From UHGV virus genome UHGV-0210818: a stretch of DNA of 36,538 nt; one strand, given 5' to 3'. The stretch's first letter is position 1, and every line of letters begins with the position of its first letter. Source of the DNA: a virus. This document shows positions 35,407 to 36,538 of this stretch, piece by piece. Position numbers and translations under genes: made by a program. A model generated the notes under the pieces. The model was given only the letters and a program-made list of their open reading frames with translations. It made no database searches and was not told the origin of the DNA.

Positions 35407-36123
35407 TTGAACGAGCTTATAACATTCGATAAGCAATTGCCCGATAACCTCTCCGACCTTGCGGCGTTCGTCCTTGTGGGGCGTGAAAAACTTACAGCGG
35501 TCAGGGCAGAAATCAGAGCAATAGACAAGGTGCAGCTTGCAAAAGAAGTCAGGCAACAGAAACAGGATGAAGCGAGAATGCTTTCCGAAGCCTTGCTTGA
35601 TGCCGAGAAGCGTATCGGTGAATTGACTAAGGCTATTCCGCAAAGCAAGGGTGCAAATAACCGATATACTCCAAAAGTAGAAAGCGACAGTGCTGTCGGC
35701 TTCTACTCCCCAAAAACCAAATCCGAAGTAATAACCGACCTCGGATTTACACCGAAGCAAGTGGAGCGCTTTGAGATACTCGCAAATAATCCTGATGTGG
35801 TCGAACAGGTCAAGCAGGAAGCGAGAGAGAACGACGATCTTCCCACACGAACAAGAGTTATAGACATTGTTCAACAGAGGAAGAAGGAGTGTTCCAATAA
35901 AACAGAGGTTTTAAGTGCTTTGTACAGACAGTTCCACAATGCTCTGTTCGGCATTCTGACGCTTGACATTACAAAGGCAGATATGATCGCTGACTGGATC
36001 GTTGACTGCCGTGGAATAACCGTAAGCGAGTACATAGCCGACATAGGCAGGGCGATCGGCAAGCTTGAAAAGCTCAGAGCAGCATTTATAAATTACGAGA
36101 GGAGCAAAAAGCATGGCAAGTAA
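35407..36123 (+). CDS. Hypothetical early protein (TTG start), possibly DNA-binding
   Basis: AAGGAGG RBS before TTG 35407; helical, with an LGFTPKQVERFE HTH-like stretch. Confidence 0.7.
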   Translation: MNELITFDKQLPDNLSDLAAFVLVGREKLTAVRAEIRAIDKVQLAKEVRQQKQDEARMLSEALLDAEKRIGELTKAIPQSKGANNRYTPKVESDSAVGFYSPKTKSEVITDLGFTPKQVERFEILANNPDVVEQVKQEARENDDLPTRTRVIDIVQQRKKECSNKTEVLSALYRQFHNALFGILTLDITKADMIADWIVDCRGITVSEYIADIGRAIGKLEKLRAAFINYERSKKHGK

Positions 36124-36508
36124 ATATCTCACTCCCGAAGCAAGGGAGTACATTGAAAATCAGGTGCGTGACTTTGGAGAAATATCGACAGATGAAGTCA
36201 TGGATATGGTCAGACCGCATTTTCTGTTTGACCCCGAATCCGCACGCGAACAGCAGATCAGGCGTGTGGCTCACAGGATCATGGCAGGCGTGAGAGCCGA
36301 GGACAACACGCGGATATGCTTTGCTATCAAGAAAGATGCAGAATCAACATATGTAAATGTTGAGAATACCACGAGCGTCGAAGATCTCGACAAAGTAAGG
36401 GCACAGCTCGGCAGGAAGTATGACGGACTTAACAGGTCACTGAAAAAGGTCAATGAACGCTTCCGTGAGATTGATGGACAGATGAGCTTTGAGGTGAAAG
36501 AAGCATAA
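36113..36508 (+). CDS. Hypothetical early protein
   Basis: GAGGAG RBS; overlaps the upstream stop. Confidence 0.75.
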   Translation: MASKYLTPEAREYIENQVRDFGEISTDEVMDMVRPHFLFDPESAREQQIRRVAHRIMAGVRAEDNTRICFAIKKDAESTYVNVENTTSVEDLDKVRAQLGRKYDGLNRSLKKVNERFREIDGQMSFEVKEA

Positions 36509-36538
36509 TCAACTCAACCCTGAAAGGAGGCATGACGC

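Larger units (their letters stand above)
1..36538. mobile_element. Complete temperate phage genome (siphovirus-like, A118-type morphogenesis genes), circular/excised form
   Basis: All modules are present in canonical order. AGGAGG at 36525-36530 lies 8 nt before the ATG at base 1 if the ends are joined. attP has arm-type repeats on both sides of the core. Confidence 0.93.

Overview
The window looks like the complete, circularly permuted ~36.5 kb genome of a temperate siphovirus of a Clostridia-type Firmicute, in its excised form. The last bases supply a ribosome-binding site for the ATG at base 1, and an intact attP sits next to the integrase. Gene order: early and replication genes (1-10.7 kb; Gp157, Sak4-like ATPase, SSB-like, helicase, VRR-NUC, primase-helicase), ArpU/RinA-like late activator, PBSX-type terminase, A118-like portal, head and tail genes, endolysin and holin, a 1.45 kb repeat-flanked accessory cassette, attP (3' end of tRNA-Ala or tmRNA), tyrosine integrase, and an ImmA/ImmR/Cro switch. 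The most interesting signals lie outside the ORF track. (1) A perfect sigma-A promoter inside the minor capsid (MuF-like) gene could express its C-terminal HExxH domain and the downstream cassettes independently. (2) A prfB-like CTT-TAG +1 frameshift site would fuse two tail ORFs. (3) A complete antisense promoter-terminator unit lies inside an early gene. (4) A late-promoter hairpin RNA has an anti-SD/anti-AUG loop. (5) An acr/aca-like cassette sits between 39-bp direct repeats. (6) A MuF-like protein is encoded in the lysogeny module. All family calls come from motif recognition by eye; no database searches were run.
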